The notes under the pieces are model-generated. The model made no database searches, had not been told where the DNA came from, and saw nothing but the letters and a program-made list of their open reading frames with translations. DNA of 64,000 nt from Treponemataceae bacterium (GTDB taxonomy: Bacteria > Spirochaetota > Spirochaetia > Treponematales > Rectinemataceae). The stretch's first letter is position 1. Each line of letters starts with the position of its first letter. Made by a program: the position numbers and the translations under genes. The stretch is from assembly GCA_963677895.2 (NCBI GenBank), contig CAXXGJ010000025.1:1-64000 (forward strand). The letters run 5' to 3'. Below, piece after piece: positions 1 to 12,775 of this stretch.

Positions 1-516
1 AATCCCGAGGACAGGGGCGTCAGGATGCTCAAGCTGGACAAGAACCTCTGGATGTATTTCCCCTCTGAGCGCGACACGGTGAAGATATCGGGCGCCCTCC
101 TCCGCCAGGGCATGATGGGTTCCGATTTTTCCTACGAAGACGCGATGGAACCCGACGACCTCAAGGCGCTGTACGACGCCGAAGTAGTCGGCAATGAAGC
201 CATCGACGGTCGCGAATGCTTCGTCCTCTCCCTCGTCGCCAAGGGCAAGGATGTAGCCTACGCGAAGCGGAAAATCTGGATCGACGCCGAGCGCTTCATC
301 GTCGCCAGATCCGAGCTTTACGCGAGGAGCGGCATGCTCCTCAAGGTTTCCCGAACCCTGGACTACGCGAAACTGGGTTCCCGGTACTTTCCCTCGGTGG
401 TCGAGTTTTCCGACGCGCTCAAGAAGGAATCGAGGACGGTGATGTCGATGACCTCACTGAAGCTCGACGCGCCGGTGGACGAGGCGCGGTTCAGCCTCCA
501 GGCGCTGACGAAATGA
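1..516 (+). CDS. Outer membrane lipoprotein-sorting protein (LolA-like fold), 5'-truncated by window edge
   Basis: Frame is open from base 1 (NPEDRGVRML...). Motifs MLKLDKNLWMYFP, MMGSDFSYED, YAKRKIWID and ELYARSGMLLK are typical of the LolA_like family. Confidence 0.8.
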   Translation, partial: NPEDRGVRMLKLDKNLWMYFPSERDTVKISGALLRQGMMGSDFSYEDAMEPDDLKALYDAEVVGNEAIDGRECFVLSLVAKGKDVAYAKRKIWIDAERFIVARSELYARSGMLLKVSRTLDYAKLGSRYFPSVVEFSDALKKESRTVMSMTSLKLDAPVDEARFSLQALTK

Positions 517-1802
517 GGAGGGCTTCAGGCATGCGCGGCGCGGCCATGCGCCGTATTATTTGGGACGGCGCGGTTCTGGGCCGCGCCGTGCTTAACCGCG
601 GCGATCGGCTGCGCCGCGCCGCCATCCTCCTCGTCGCGTTCGCGGCCCTAGCTGCGGCGCCCAATGCCGGAGCCCAAGCCGCCGCGGACTCAAGCGGCAC
701 GAGCCTGGCCGACGAAGCGACGATCTCGGGACAGGTCCAGCAGACAGCCTCGGTCGCGACTGCGCAATCCGGCGCCGCCTCCTTTTCCGGCGGAGCCGCC
801 ACGAGCCTCAGCCTCGCCCTCGACGCGAGACGCGCCTCCGCCTCTCTGCGCGCGTCCCTTCATTTCTCCGTCCTCTACGGCAACGAAGCGGCCGCCCTAT
901 GGACCACCCTCGCGGCTTCGCCCTCGGCCGGCTCCTCCCTCCTGATGGCGCCCGCCTTCGACGCGGCGGCCGCGGCGCCGGAATGCCTCGCCCTCCTCGC
1001 CTGGACGAGCTCGCCCTGGCCTGGGACATCGGCCCCTTCGCCTTCGAGGCCGGCAAGACCATCGCGAACTGGGGCGTCGGAAAAGCCTTCAGCCCGGCCG
1101 ATTTCTTCGCGGAGTTCGACTATTCCTCCGGCACTCCCTCCCGGCGCTCCAGCCTCCTCGCCCGCGCCACCTGGTTCGCCGGGGCGACGAGCCGCGTCGA
1201 CCTCGTGTACGCGCCCTACGCGGCTTCGGCCAACGCCCTGGCCGGTGACGCCGGATCAGGCGGCGCCGTCCCCAGCGCCACCCCCACAAGCGCCATCATC
1301 GCGGCCCGCGCCTACGCGACCGCCTTCGATTCGCTCGCCTTCGCCCTTGCCGCGGGCTTCCGAGGCGCGGCCGAAAGCTCGCCAGCCAGTCTCCTTGGGG
1401 CGCTAGAGGCCACCTTCGACCTTCCCTTCGTCTCGCCCTACGGCGAAGCCTCATTCACAGGCGGCCCTGGACGGCAGCAAAGCCATCGCCTATTCGCTCC
1501 TCGGAGGGGGCCAAGCCCGGATCGGGGGACGCCAGCCTCCTCGCCGAATACCTCTACTCGCCCCAAGCCGCGGCCGCGCACAGCGTCTTCGCCCAGGCAG
1601 GCCTTCCCATCGACGAATGGATATCCATCTCCGCGCCCCTCCTCTAACTATCCGGAATCGGGGCGCCCTGACCGTGGCCGTAAACCTAGCGGCCAGCGAC
1701 ATCGCCGGCTTGAGCCTCGCGATCACCGCCTCCGCGAGCCGCTCGAATCTTCAAGCCTGGAGCGGAAAACTCGCGCTCTCGCGGCGCGGACGAGCTTCCT
1801 GA
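513..1802 (+). CDS. Hypothetical secreted/outer-membrane beta-barrel protein, broken by several frameshifts (probably sequencing errors)
   Basis: Signal-peptide-like AAILLVAFAALAAAPNAGA in frame 216..1406. Near 1000 it shifts to frame 899 (RLDELALAWDIGPFAFEAGKTIANWGVGKAFSPADFF). The tail is in frame 1617..1802. The LDEL...GK...WGVG...P.D motif is shared with 46110..47786. Start is uncertain (513/531/546). Confidence 0.6.
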
Positions 1803-1866
1803 TCCGCAATACTGGAACAGCGGGGCCCTTTTATGGCATACTTAAAAGGTATCCAGGAGGGTTATC

Positions 1867-5028
<3,162 letters not shown>

Positions 5029-5062
5029 ACAAGGCTTGTTCCGGATAGACGATATTCCTGGC

Positions 5063-6217
5063 TTAGGGCAGCTTTCCCTCAAGCCAGGAAGCTTTCAGCA
5101 AGCCCCCGAGTTCCTTCCATGGAAGGACGAAGGTAAAATCCCCGAAAGAATAGGGAGCCAGCTGGTAACGGTCATAATGGAATCCCACGCCGCTTTCGCA
5201 GAGGAAAATGTTGGCCGATGGAATAATCCTGTCCTCGAAGAACCCATAATCGACCAAAGACTCCGCTCCCGTCCGCCTTTCTTTCTCGCTTGACAGCAAG
5301 CGCAGCGCCTCTTCCCTCAATTTGCCGGCTACGGGATCCTTCCATCCCTCCACGAACAGATCGTCGGAGGACAGAATCTTCCCGCTGTCCAGATCGATCA
5401 TATCGATGAGCATCGCGGTATTGCCGTGGGCGCCGCTCTCGAAGACATACCTTTCGGTGGCGATGGAATAGATGGATGAGAAGCCCGATATGAAGTATTG
5501 GCGCTCGACGAATACGGAAGGCCACCCCATGTCCTCGGGAATCGAAGCTCGGCTTTCTTTAAAATCGGCCCACCGGTCCCTGGCGTAATCAACAGGGTTT
5601 TTGCCTCGGCGCAGCAGCCTGTCCAGCATCAGCCTCGATGATGGCGACTTTCCCCGAAGGGATTCCACGTGAAAAAACGACTGGCGCTGATCCCGGGCGC
5701 CGTCTTCTATGGAAAGCGGCGAAAACAGCCGTCCGAGCGGGGACAGGACGCGAGCCTTCCCGTCTATGATGCCCGAACGGACCTCCATCTCCAGCTCAGG
5801 CATCCCGCGATTCGCTAGACGGACATCGCCCTCGAAGGCTTTTCCGCCTTCTAGACGCAGGGTCGGGCTACCGGCCTGCCCGCGCGCGGGCAGGCCGAGG
5901 AGCAGGGGAGGTCCCGCGGTCCGGATCGAGGTCCGGATATCCCCGCCCTTTTTCCGGCTTCCGCCGAAAAAACCATATATTTCTTTTTCCGGCCATTCAA
6001 AAAAGCCCCAGGTATCGTTGCCCGATCTCTGCGAGACAAGGGAGATTCCCTGATCCGGCGAGGAGAACCAGGTCACGGAGCCGCTTCTTTTATTCAGACC
6101 GGAAGCGATGTCGACTCTTTGGCCTATCGCCAAAGCCGATAGCGCCGCCGCTGCCGCCAAGGCGATCAGGCAGGGAATGATGAATCCGCGCGCCATCGTC
6201 CGCGATGTGGACTTCAT
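5063..6217 (-). CDS. RsiV/PdaC-like (DUF3298/DUF4163) membrane-anchored protein
   Basis: N-terminal hydrophobic segment. C-terminal YVFESGAHGN, DLDSGKILSSDDLF and FHYDRYQLAPYSFG...LPW motifs. Confidence 0.75.
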   Translation of the reverse strand: MKSTSRTMARGFIIPCLIALAAAAALSALAIGQRVDIASGLNKRSGSVTWFSSPDQGISLVSQRSGNDTWGFFEWPEKEIYGFFGGSRKKGGDIRTSIRTAGPPLLLGLPARGQAGSPTLRLEGGKAFEGDVRLANRGMPELEMEVRSGIIDGKARVLSPLGRLFSPLSIEDGARDQRQSFFHVESLRGKSPSSRLMLDRLLRRGKNPVDYARDRWADFKESRASIPEDMGWPSVFVERQYFISGFSSIYSIATERYVFESGAHGNTAMLIDMIDLDSGKILSSDDLFVEGWKDPVAGKLREEALRLLSSEKERRTGAESLVDYGFFEDRIIPSANIFLCESGVGFHYDRYQLAPYSFGDFTFVLPWKELGGLLKASWLEGKLP

Positions 6218-6476
6218 CTCCGTACTCCCCGTTTTTCGCTTCGAGCGCGCATCTTCATAGAGGTTGAATTATGCGTGAAAAGGCATGCCAATACTGTTCG
6301 CTCCTAATTTCCGTGATATAATTATCGGATGGAGGAGAGATAAACTTTGTCTTTCCTCGCTGCGGATGTCGATATTATTAACGGAAGCAACGTTATATTT
6401 CGACAAATACCGGTGGACGATGACCATTTTACGGTTTATCATGGAATCAGAATAATAATATAGCAGGAGGACATCT

Positions 6477-9443
6477 ATGCATAAAGGCAATAAGCCCTTT
6501 GTCGTTGTGATGGCAATACTTATGATGGTATTTGCGTCATGCGCGACAAAGCCGACGGAGACAAAACCGGAAACGGTTCCCGAAGTCACCACGACGACGG
6601 TAGCCGCGCCCATTCCGGAAGTAGTACCCGCAACAACCGTCACCACGGTTGCTGTAGAGCCAACCACAGTCGTCCAGCCTTCAGTTTCCGAAATTGAGCT
6701 CAGGAATCTTTTCGGGCAGGCCAACTCCCTCAAGATGGACGCAGCCCGCTATGATATCCCAAGAGTGCTTCCGGATGCCTTCAAGACCGTTGATGACGAT
6801 TTCGCGACCATCAAGACCGCCTACGACTCGGCGATGGACGAAGTGAGCTACGATGGCGTGAAAGCCTATCCGATCAAGGCTCGGCTGGAAAAATCCATCG
6901 CTTCCTGGGAATCCCTGATAGCGGAAGGAATGCCTCTCCGCGTCGAGGAAGAAAGCGAAAAAGCCACGGACATGAAATTTGCCGCCATGAGCGCCGAGGC
7001 GCCCGAACTGGCCAGCGAACGATTCCAGGGTTCGGAAGAGCTTTATAGCGACGCCGACGCCCTTGCCGAAAGCAAAGAATATTCGATGGCGATTCCCGCT
7101 TATCAGCAGGCGGCCGCCGGATTCGACGTAGCCGCGGAGAAAGCCAAGGCCAACAAGATCCGCGAAAAGATTTTCGCCAATGGCTATACGAAATACGCGG
7201 ACAGCAACTTCCAGATCGCCGAAGAAAAGTACAAGGCAGAAGAGGATCTCTGGACCTCCGGCTCGCTCGAGGACCTGAAAGCCGGCGCCCAGACCTTGAG
7301 GGAAGCCAATGATTACTACGAATTCGTCGCCTCCACCGGCGCCGAGTACAAATCTTTCGAAGGAAAGGACAACGCTCTCCAGGCGCAGGAAAAGGCCCTT
7401 TCCCTCAAGGCCGATGTCAATGCCCCGGAACAGTATTCTTCCGCCAACGACATTCTGAACGAAGCGATGGCCAACCAGGAAAAAGGTGACTATGAAAGCG
7501 CCTACCTCTGGTTCGGCGACGCGACCGAGGCCTTTGGCGGCGCCTACGATGCCGCGATGAGCCTGCAGTCGGAAAACGAGGGAGCCATAGCGGCGGCCGA
7601 AGCCGCCGTTTCGGCCAGCGAACAGAAATCCGACGCTTCGGGAATCGAAGGCAACGTATACCTGCCCGAAGCCAAATCTTATCTGGAGAACGCCAAGGCC
7701 CAGTCCGAGGAAATGCTTTTCGCCGATTCCACGGTCAACGCCAACGAAGCGGCCAACTACGCCGCCATGTCGGACAACTATATCGACGGCGAACAGAAGA
7801 AGGCCGCCGACGCCGAAGCCAAGGCTCTTCAGGACGCGAAAGCCTTGACCGATCCCGCCATGGCCGACGCCAGGACGCGCATGGCTTGGGCCGAGAACAA
7901 CGAGATCAAGGCCGATTATCCCGAACAGTACAAGGAAGCCGGCGCCGCGATGAAGGCAGCCGAGATGGCCTACGCGAACGAGAAATACGTTCCCGCGAAG
8001 GATCTGGCCGGCGAAGTGTCCACCACGCTGTCGGACGATTTCCAGAAGCAGGTGCTCGCCGACAGGGAAGCCGCCGCCGCGGAAAAAGCCAGCATCGAGG
8101 CCGAGAAAGCGAGGCTCGCGGCTGAGAAAGCTGCCGCCGATCCCGCCATGGCCGACGCCAGGACGCGCATGGCCTGGGCCGAGAACAACGAGATCAAGGC
8201 CGATTATCCCGAACAGTACAAGGAAGCCGACGCCGCGATGAAGGCAGCCGAGATGGCCTACGCGAACGAGAAATACGTTCCCGCGAAGGACTTGGCCGGC
8301 GAAGTGTCCACCACGCTGTCGGACAGCTTCCAGAAACAGGTGCTCGCCAACAGGGAAGCAGCCGCAGCGGAAAAGGTAGTTCCCGTCGCCGAAAGCCAGC
8401 CGGTCGACCACTCGGGCGCCGACAGCGCCATGGCCGATGCGCAGAACAGAATGGCCTGGGCCAATGAAAACGGCATAAAAGACGAGTATCCCAACGAGTA
8501 CCAGGACTCTTCCAAAGCCATGGTCGACGCATTCGTTTCCTACGGCAAGGAAGACTATGATACGGCCACCGGAAAAGCCAAGGAAGTTTCCTCCATCCTT
8601 TCCGACGATTTCCAGAATACGGTGATGGCTGAGAAAAAGGCCGCCGAGGAAGAGAAAGCCAAGCTCGCGGCTGAGAAAGCCGCCGCCGATCCCGCCATGG
8701 CCGACGCCAGGACGCGCATGGCCTGGGCCGAGAACAACGAGATCAAGGCCGATTATCCCGAACAGTACAAGGAAGCCGGCGCCGCGATGAAGGCAGCCGA
8801 GATGGCCTACGCGAACGAGAAATACGTTCCCGCGAAGGATCTGGCCGGCGAAGTATCCACCACGCTGTCGAACAGCTTCCAGAAACAGGTGCTCGCCGAC
8901 AGGGAAGCCGCCGCCACGGAAAAGGCCAAGGACGCAGAAGCCGCTAAGGCCGCCGCCATTGCGGCCGCCAAAGCCGCCGCGCTGACCGATATCGAAAACG
9001 CCCAGGGCAAGTATGACTGGTCGGTTTCCAAGAATGCCCAGAACAACTACCCCGAACTTCTCGCGAAGGGCGCCGTCGAGCTCGATTCCGCCAAGGTCGC
9101 CTTCAATTCGGAAGACTATGCCAACGCCTCGGCCAAGGCCAAGGCCGCTTCTGAAACCCTCTCCGGCATCGCGGAATTCGCCCCCCTTCCCGCCACCTAC
9201 GTCGTGCGGCTTATCCCCGCACGCAGGGACTGCCTGTGGAGAATCGCGGAATATCCCTTCATCTATAACAATCCCCTCAAGTGGCCGGTTCTTTATGAGG
9301 CGAACAAGAAGACCTTCAGGGATCCTTCCAACCCCAACCTCATATTCCCGAATCAGGTCCTCCAGATCCCGAGCATAAAGGGCGAAACCCGCTCCGGCAC
9401 CTGGGATCCGAAAAAGTCCTATAATCCCCTTCCGAAAAAATAG
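6477..9443 (+). CDS. TmpB/BB0323-like helical lipoprotein with C-terminal LysM domain and internal repeats
   Basis: SD GGAGG; lipobox VFAS-C; Ala/Glu/Lys-rich helical body; C-terminal TYVVRLIPARRDCLWRIAEYPFIYNNPLKWPVLYEAN...NPNLIFPNQVLQIP (spirochaetal LysM). Confidence 0.85.
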   Translation: MHKGNKPFVVVMAILMMVFASCATKPTETKPETVPEVTTTTVAAPIPEVVPATTVTTVAVEPTTVVQPSVSEIELRNLFGQANSLKMDAARYDIPRVLPDAFKTVDDDFATIKTAYDSAMDEVSYDGVKAYPIKARLEKSIASWESLIAEGMPLRVEEESEKATDMKFAAMSAEAPELASERFQGSEELYSDADALAESKEYSMAIPAYQQAAAGFDVAAEKAKANKIREKIFANGYTKYADSNFQIAEEKYKAEEDLWTSGSLEDLKAGAQTLREANDYYEFVASTGAEYKSFEGKDNALQAQEKALSLKADVNAPEQYSSANDILNEAMANQEKGDYESAYLWFGDATEAFGGAYDAAMSLQSENEGAIAAAEAAVSASEQKSDASGIEGNVYLPEAKSYLENAKAQSEEMLFADSTVNANEAANYAAMSDNYIDGEQKKAADAEAKALQDAKALTDPAMADARTRMAWAENNEIKADYPEQYKEAGAAMKAAEMAYANEKYVPAKDLAGEVSTTLSDDFQKQVLADREAAAAEKASIEAEKARLAAEKAAADPAMADARTRMAWAENNEIKADYPEQYKEADAAMKAAEMAYANEKYVPAKDLAGEVSTTLSDSFQKQVLANREAAAAEKVVPVAESQPVDHSGADSAMADAQNRMAWANENGIKDEYPNEYQDSSKAMVDAFVSYGKEDYDTATGKAKEVSSILSDDFQNTVMAEKKAAEEEKAKLAAEKAAADPAMADARTRMAWAENNEIKADYPEQYKEAGAAMKAAEMAYANEKYVPAKDLAGEVSTTLSNSFQKQVLADREAAATEKAKDAEAAKAAAIAAAKAAALTDIENAQGKYDWSVSKNAQNNYPELLAKGAVELDSAKVAFNSEDYANASAKAKAASETLSGIAEFAPLPATYVVRLIPARRDCLWRIAEYPFIYNNPLKWPVLYEANKKTFRDPSNPNLIFPNQVLQIPSIKGETRSGTWDPKKSYNPLPKK
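7851..8923 (+). repeat. Intragenic repeats of about 235 bp: three near-identical copies (starts 7851, 8139, 8688) and one degenerate copy (8421)
   Basis: gatcccgccatggccgacgccaggacgcgcatggc... recurs at 7851, 8139 and 8688. Protein unit DPAMADARTRMAWAENNEIKADYPEQYKEA...STTLS. Confidence 0.95.
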
Positions 9444-9492
9444 GGGATGAAAAGTCGGGCGGCCGAACGAAAGGCCGCCTGATCAAGATTAA

Positions 9493-9530
9493 AATAAAAA
9501 GGGCTGTCCACGCGGACAGCCCTTTTTATT
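9493..9530. terminator. Bidirectional intrinsic terminator
   Basis: aataaaaagggctgtcc-acgc-ggacagccctttttatt, a perfect 17-bp inverted repeat between convergent genes. Confidence 0.9.
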
Positions 9531-9594
9531 GCTTCGGTAGAATTCCGGGTTCCGATGAAGTCAGGCAATCGGAAGCGCGGAAAGATGGAAGTCT

Positions 9595-10959
9595 TCAGTA
9601 AGCCAATATTCCCCTGAAGAATTCCCTGAGCGCGGCGATCATCGCCCGATGATCCGATCCCTCGATGGTTTCCCGCACCGCGTGCATTGCAAGCAGAGGA
9701 TGGCCTATATCCATGGCGCGGATGCCCAGGCGCGAGGCCGACATCGGGCCTATGGTCGTCCCGGGCTGGATATCGGCCCTGGACATGTATTTCTGCCAAG
9801 GCAGGGAGGCTTTCTCGCAGAGAAGCTTGAATATGGATTCGGTGACCATATCGGTGGCATAGCGCTGGTTGACGTTCATCTTGACCGCCGGCCCCTTCCC
9901 CAGGAGGGGCGAATAGGCTTCGTCGAATTTTTCGGTATAGGCGGGATTCCAGGCCTGGGCGGCATCGACGGAGAGGCAGAGGGAACGAGCCCCCGCCCTG
10001 TAGAAATCCTCCGCCGATCCCTTCATGGCGATGTTGATTCTGGCGAGGATGTCGCGCATGAAGCTGGAATTGGCACCCAGCGCCGTCATGGATCCTATCT
10101 CCTCGGCGTCGAGGAAACAGGCGATCTGCGTCATGGGACCTGGTTTCGCCGAACCGAAGGCCTCCAGGATGGCATGGCATCCCGCCAGATCGTCCAGGCG
10201 AGAAGCGTTGATGAGCTCGCTCCTTTCATCGCTTCCGAAAACCGAAGCTTTCTGGCAGTCGTAGAAGGACAGATCCATCGCGACAATGTCGGCGGCCGGA
10301 ATGCCCAGATCGGCGGAAATCTTGCGCTCAAGCCAACGCTGGTTCTCACCCCGACTTCCATCGGTCGCATCGGCGGCCGAGAACAAGGCCGAGGACGAGG
10401 CCGAAGCGGACGAAGCCACATCCACGAGCACGGGCAGGTGCTGGTGGGCGTTGTATTCCATGCCCTTGTTGATTTCGCGGTTGAGGTGGATGGGGAGATT
10501 GGGTATGACGCCGACGGCCCTGCCCGAATTGTACAGCATCTCCTTGATCCCTTCGCCGTCGCGTATGGCCACGCTCCCCGCAAGGGCGAGCGGCCTGTCC
10601 AGCCAACCCGAAAGGATAGCCCCGCCGTAGACATCGACGGCGATTCTCAGCATGGACCTGCCGTTTTTCTCGAAATCGGGCCGTACCTTGAGACAGGGGC
10701 TGTCCGTATGGGCTCCGGCGAGAATGTAGCCGGACGTTCCCATGGGCTGCAGGCCTGGCCTGAAAGCAATAATCGCCGAGGAACCGCGTTCCAGGTAATA
10801 GGCGGCTCCAGGCTCCAGATTCCAGGATTCCCGCTCCTCCAGGGCTATGGCGCCATGGGCGGAAAGAAATGCCTTTATGTTGTCGGCGGCGTGGAAAGAG
10901 GTCGGTGAAGCGTCCAGGAAATCACAAAGGCTTCTCGTTGTCTGCATCATTGTTTTCAA
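9595..10959 (-). CDS. apeB: M18 family aminopeptidase (aspartyl aminopeptidase-like)
   Basis: SPTSFHA, GAHTDSP, YGG...WLDRPL, RLDD, DAEEIGS, GTTIGP and MHAVRE motifs. Start may be ATG 10950. Confidence 0.9.
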   Translation of the reverse strand: MKTMMQTTRSLCDFLDASPTSFHAADNIKAFLSAHGAIALEERESWNLEPGAAYYLERGSSAIIAFRPGLQPMGTSGYILAGAHTDSPCLKVRPDFEKNGRSMLRIAVDVYGGAILSGWLDRPLALAGSVAIRDGEGIKEMLYNSGRAVGVIPNLPIHLNREINKGMEYNAHQHLPVLVDVASSASASSSALFSAADATDGSRGENQRWLERKISADLGIPAADIVAMDLSFYDCQKASVFGSDERSELINASRLDDLAGCHAILEAFGSAKPGPMTQIACFLDAEEIGSMTALGANSSFMRDILARINIAMKGSAEDFYRAGARSLCLSVDAAQAWNPAYTEKFDEAYSPLLGKGPAVKMNVNQRYATDMVTESIFKLLCEKASLPWQKYMSRADIQPGTTIGPMSASRLGIRAMDIGHPLLAMHAVRETIEGSDHRAMIAALREFFRGILAY

Positions 10960-11320
10960 TTCCTTCCCGCGCTGGTTCTTTCCTCGCTCTACCGAGGAAG
11001 GGGTTCGTTTTCAGGGACTTTAGTTCGGAGGAAAGGGTAAAGAGCGTGGTTTTCAGTTCGATGATATCGGCTTTCAGCGAATGGTCGCCCAGCATCAGTT
11101 CGGTTTCCATGACGCGGCAGGCGGCCTTGAGTCCCAGTCTGTGATCGAAGGCAAGGTATTTGAGCCGGGACAGCACGCAGAGGTCCAGGGGCGTATAGAC
11201 GCGCCGCCCGAAGACATCCTTTCTCGGGGCGAGGAAAGGCACTTCCTTCTCCCAGAATCTCAGGGTGGAAGCGGGAAGATCGAGCATCGCCTCCACTTCC
11301 CCGGTGCTGTAACTCGTCAT
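10922..11320 (-). CDS. MerR family transcriptional regulator
   Basis: YSTGEVEAMLDLPASTLRFWEKE...GRRVY HTH. ATG at 11320 overlaps the der stop (ATGA). Confidence 0.85.
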   Translation of the reverse strand: MTSYSTGEVEAMLDLPASTLRFWEKEVPFLAPRKDVFGRRVYTPLDLCVLSRLKYLAFDHRLGLKAACRVMETELMLGDHSLKADIIELKTTLFTLSSELKSLKTNPFLGRARKEPAREGIENNDADNEKPL

Positions 11321-12768
11321 GCTTTCTTTCGGTCGTTCCAATCCTTGCGCGAAGCCTTGAGGTCCAGCTTCACCGGGATGGTGTCGAGGGAGAACTCTTC
11401 CCTCACCTTGTTCTTGAGGAAAGAAATGTAGGAATCGGGCACGAGATCGGGCCTGGTCACGAAGAAACAGAATTTCTGTGGATTGAGACTGGTCTGGACA
11501 GCGTAACGCAGCTTGAATTTAGTGCGCAGGCCGATGGGCGGGGGATTCGAATCGATCCAGGTTCCTACCGCCTTATTCAGCTTGGAGGTTTCTATGCGTT
11601 TCGTCAGCTTCGAATACATCGAGATGACGGTGTTCATCATCTTGTCCAGTCCGACGCCTTCCTTCGCCGAAATGGCGACGATGGGCGCGTAGGCCATCTG
11701 GCCGAAGAACCAGCGGATCTTGTCCTTTGTGGCTTCGAAGGTGTTCTTGACATCGGGCATGAGATCCCACTTATTGAGGACGAAAATGACGCCCCTGCCT
11801 TCATCCACGGCGAAGGCGGCGATTTTCTTATCCTGGTCGGTGAGACCTTCCTTCGCGTCGATCATGAGAAGGACGATATCGGCCCGCTCGACGACGGAAA
11901 TCGATCGCGTGACCGAATAATATTCGACGTTGTCCGTCACCTTCTTCTTGCGCCTGATACCGGCGGTGTCGAGGACGAGAATGCCCCTTCCCTTCCAGGT
12001 CAGGCGGCCTTCGACGATGTCTCTCGTCGTCCCCGGCACATCGCTGACGATGCTTTTCTCCTCTCCGAGAAGGAGGTTGAGGAGGCTGGACTTGCCAGTG
12101 TTGGGCTTGCCCATGATCGCGATCCTGATGTCGGCGCGCTCGAAATCGACGGCCCTGACGCCGGTGAAATCCAGGTGCGTGCGTATCATGTCGACGAGTT
12201 CGTCGATATGACGATTATGCTCCGCCGAGACGAAGAGGACGTCGGGGAATCCCCAGCGCATGTGGGACCAGACCAGGGCGTCGCGCTCGGCGCTGTCCGC
12301 CTTGTTGACGACGAGCACCAGCTTCTTGCTCATGGGGCGCAGCAGTTCGGCGAACTCCTCATCCTCGGGGGTTATCTCGGTGGCGTCGACGATGAACAGG
12401 ATGAGATCGGCCCGCGAAAGGATGGACAGGGTTCTCGCCACGACGAGATCGTCCAGGCCTTCCCTCTCCAGCTTGAATCCGCCCGTATCGGCCAGCCGGC
12501 AGCGCAGATCCGTGTCGGGCAGGAGAAACTCCTCCTCGATGGGATCTCTCGTGACGCCGGGAGTCGGATCGGTTATCGCCCTTCTCTTGTGAAGAAGACG
12601 GTTGAACAGCGTGGACTTTCCTACGTTTGGCCTTCCCACCAGGGCGACAAGGGGGAGGTTTTCATAGCGGACTAGTTTTTCTGGTTCATCGACGGCATCA
12701 TCGTCCTGTGAGACTGGATTTTGCGCGACCTTCGCTTTTTTCTCGTTTTCTTCCGAATTTCTTTTCAT
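11317..12768 (-). CDS. der: Ribosome biogenesis GTPase Der (EngA)
   Basis: Two G domains (GRPNVGKS/DTGG/NKAD and GKPNTGKS/DTAG/NKWD) plus a KH-like C-terminus. Confidence 0.97.
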   Translation of the reverse strand: MKRNSEENEKKAKVAQNPVSQDDDAVDEPEKLVRYENLPLVALVGRPNVGKSTLFNRLLHKRRAITDPTPGVTRDPIEEEFLLPDTDLRCRLADTGGFKLEREGLDDLVVARTLSILSRADLILFIVDATEITPEDEEFAELLRPMSKKLVLVVNKADSAERDALVWSHMRWGFPDVLFVSAEHNRHIDELVDMIRTHLDFTGVRAVDFERADIRIAIMGKPNTGKSSLLNLLLGEEKSIVSDVPGTTRDIVEGRLTWKGRGILVLDTAGIRRKKKVTDNVEYYSVTRSISVVERADIVLLMIDAKEGLTDQDKKIAAFAVDEGRGVIFVLNKWDLMPDVKNTFEATKDKIRWFFGQMAYAPIVAISAKEGVGLDKMMNTVISMYSKLTKRIETSKLNKAVGTWIDSNPPPIGLRTKFKLRYAVQTSLNPQKFCFFVTRPDLVPDSYISFLKNKVREEFSLDTIPVKLDLKASRKDWNDRKKA

Positions 12769-12775
12769 GATAATC

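Noticed and set aside
6681..8411. Long antisense and alternative-frame ORFs (e.g. 6681..8411, 9649..10908, 14470..15936, 18291..20063, 23450..25306, 44646..46622, 62932..63960)
   Set aside because: Shadow ORFs expected at high GC. They overlap genes with clear family motifs and show no recognisable domains.
7851..8923. CRISPR array or mobile repeat
   Set aside because: Units are about 235 bp, in frame and protein-coding, with no repeat-spacer pattern and no cas genes.
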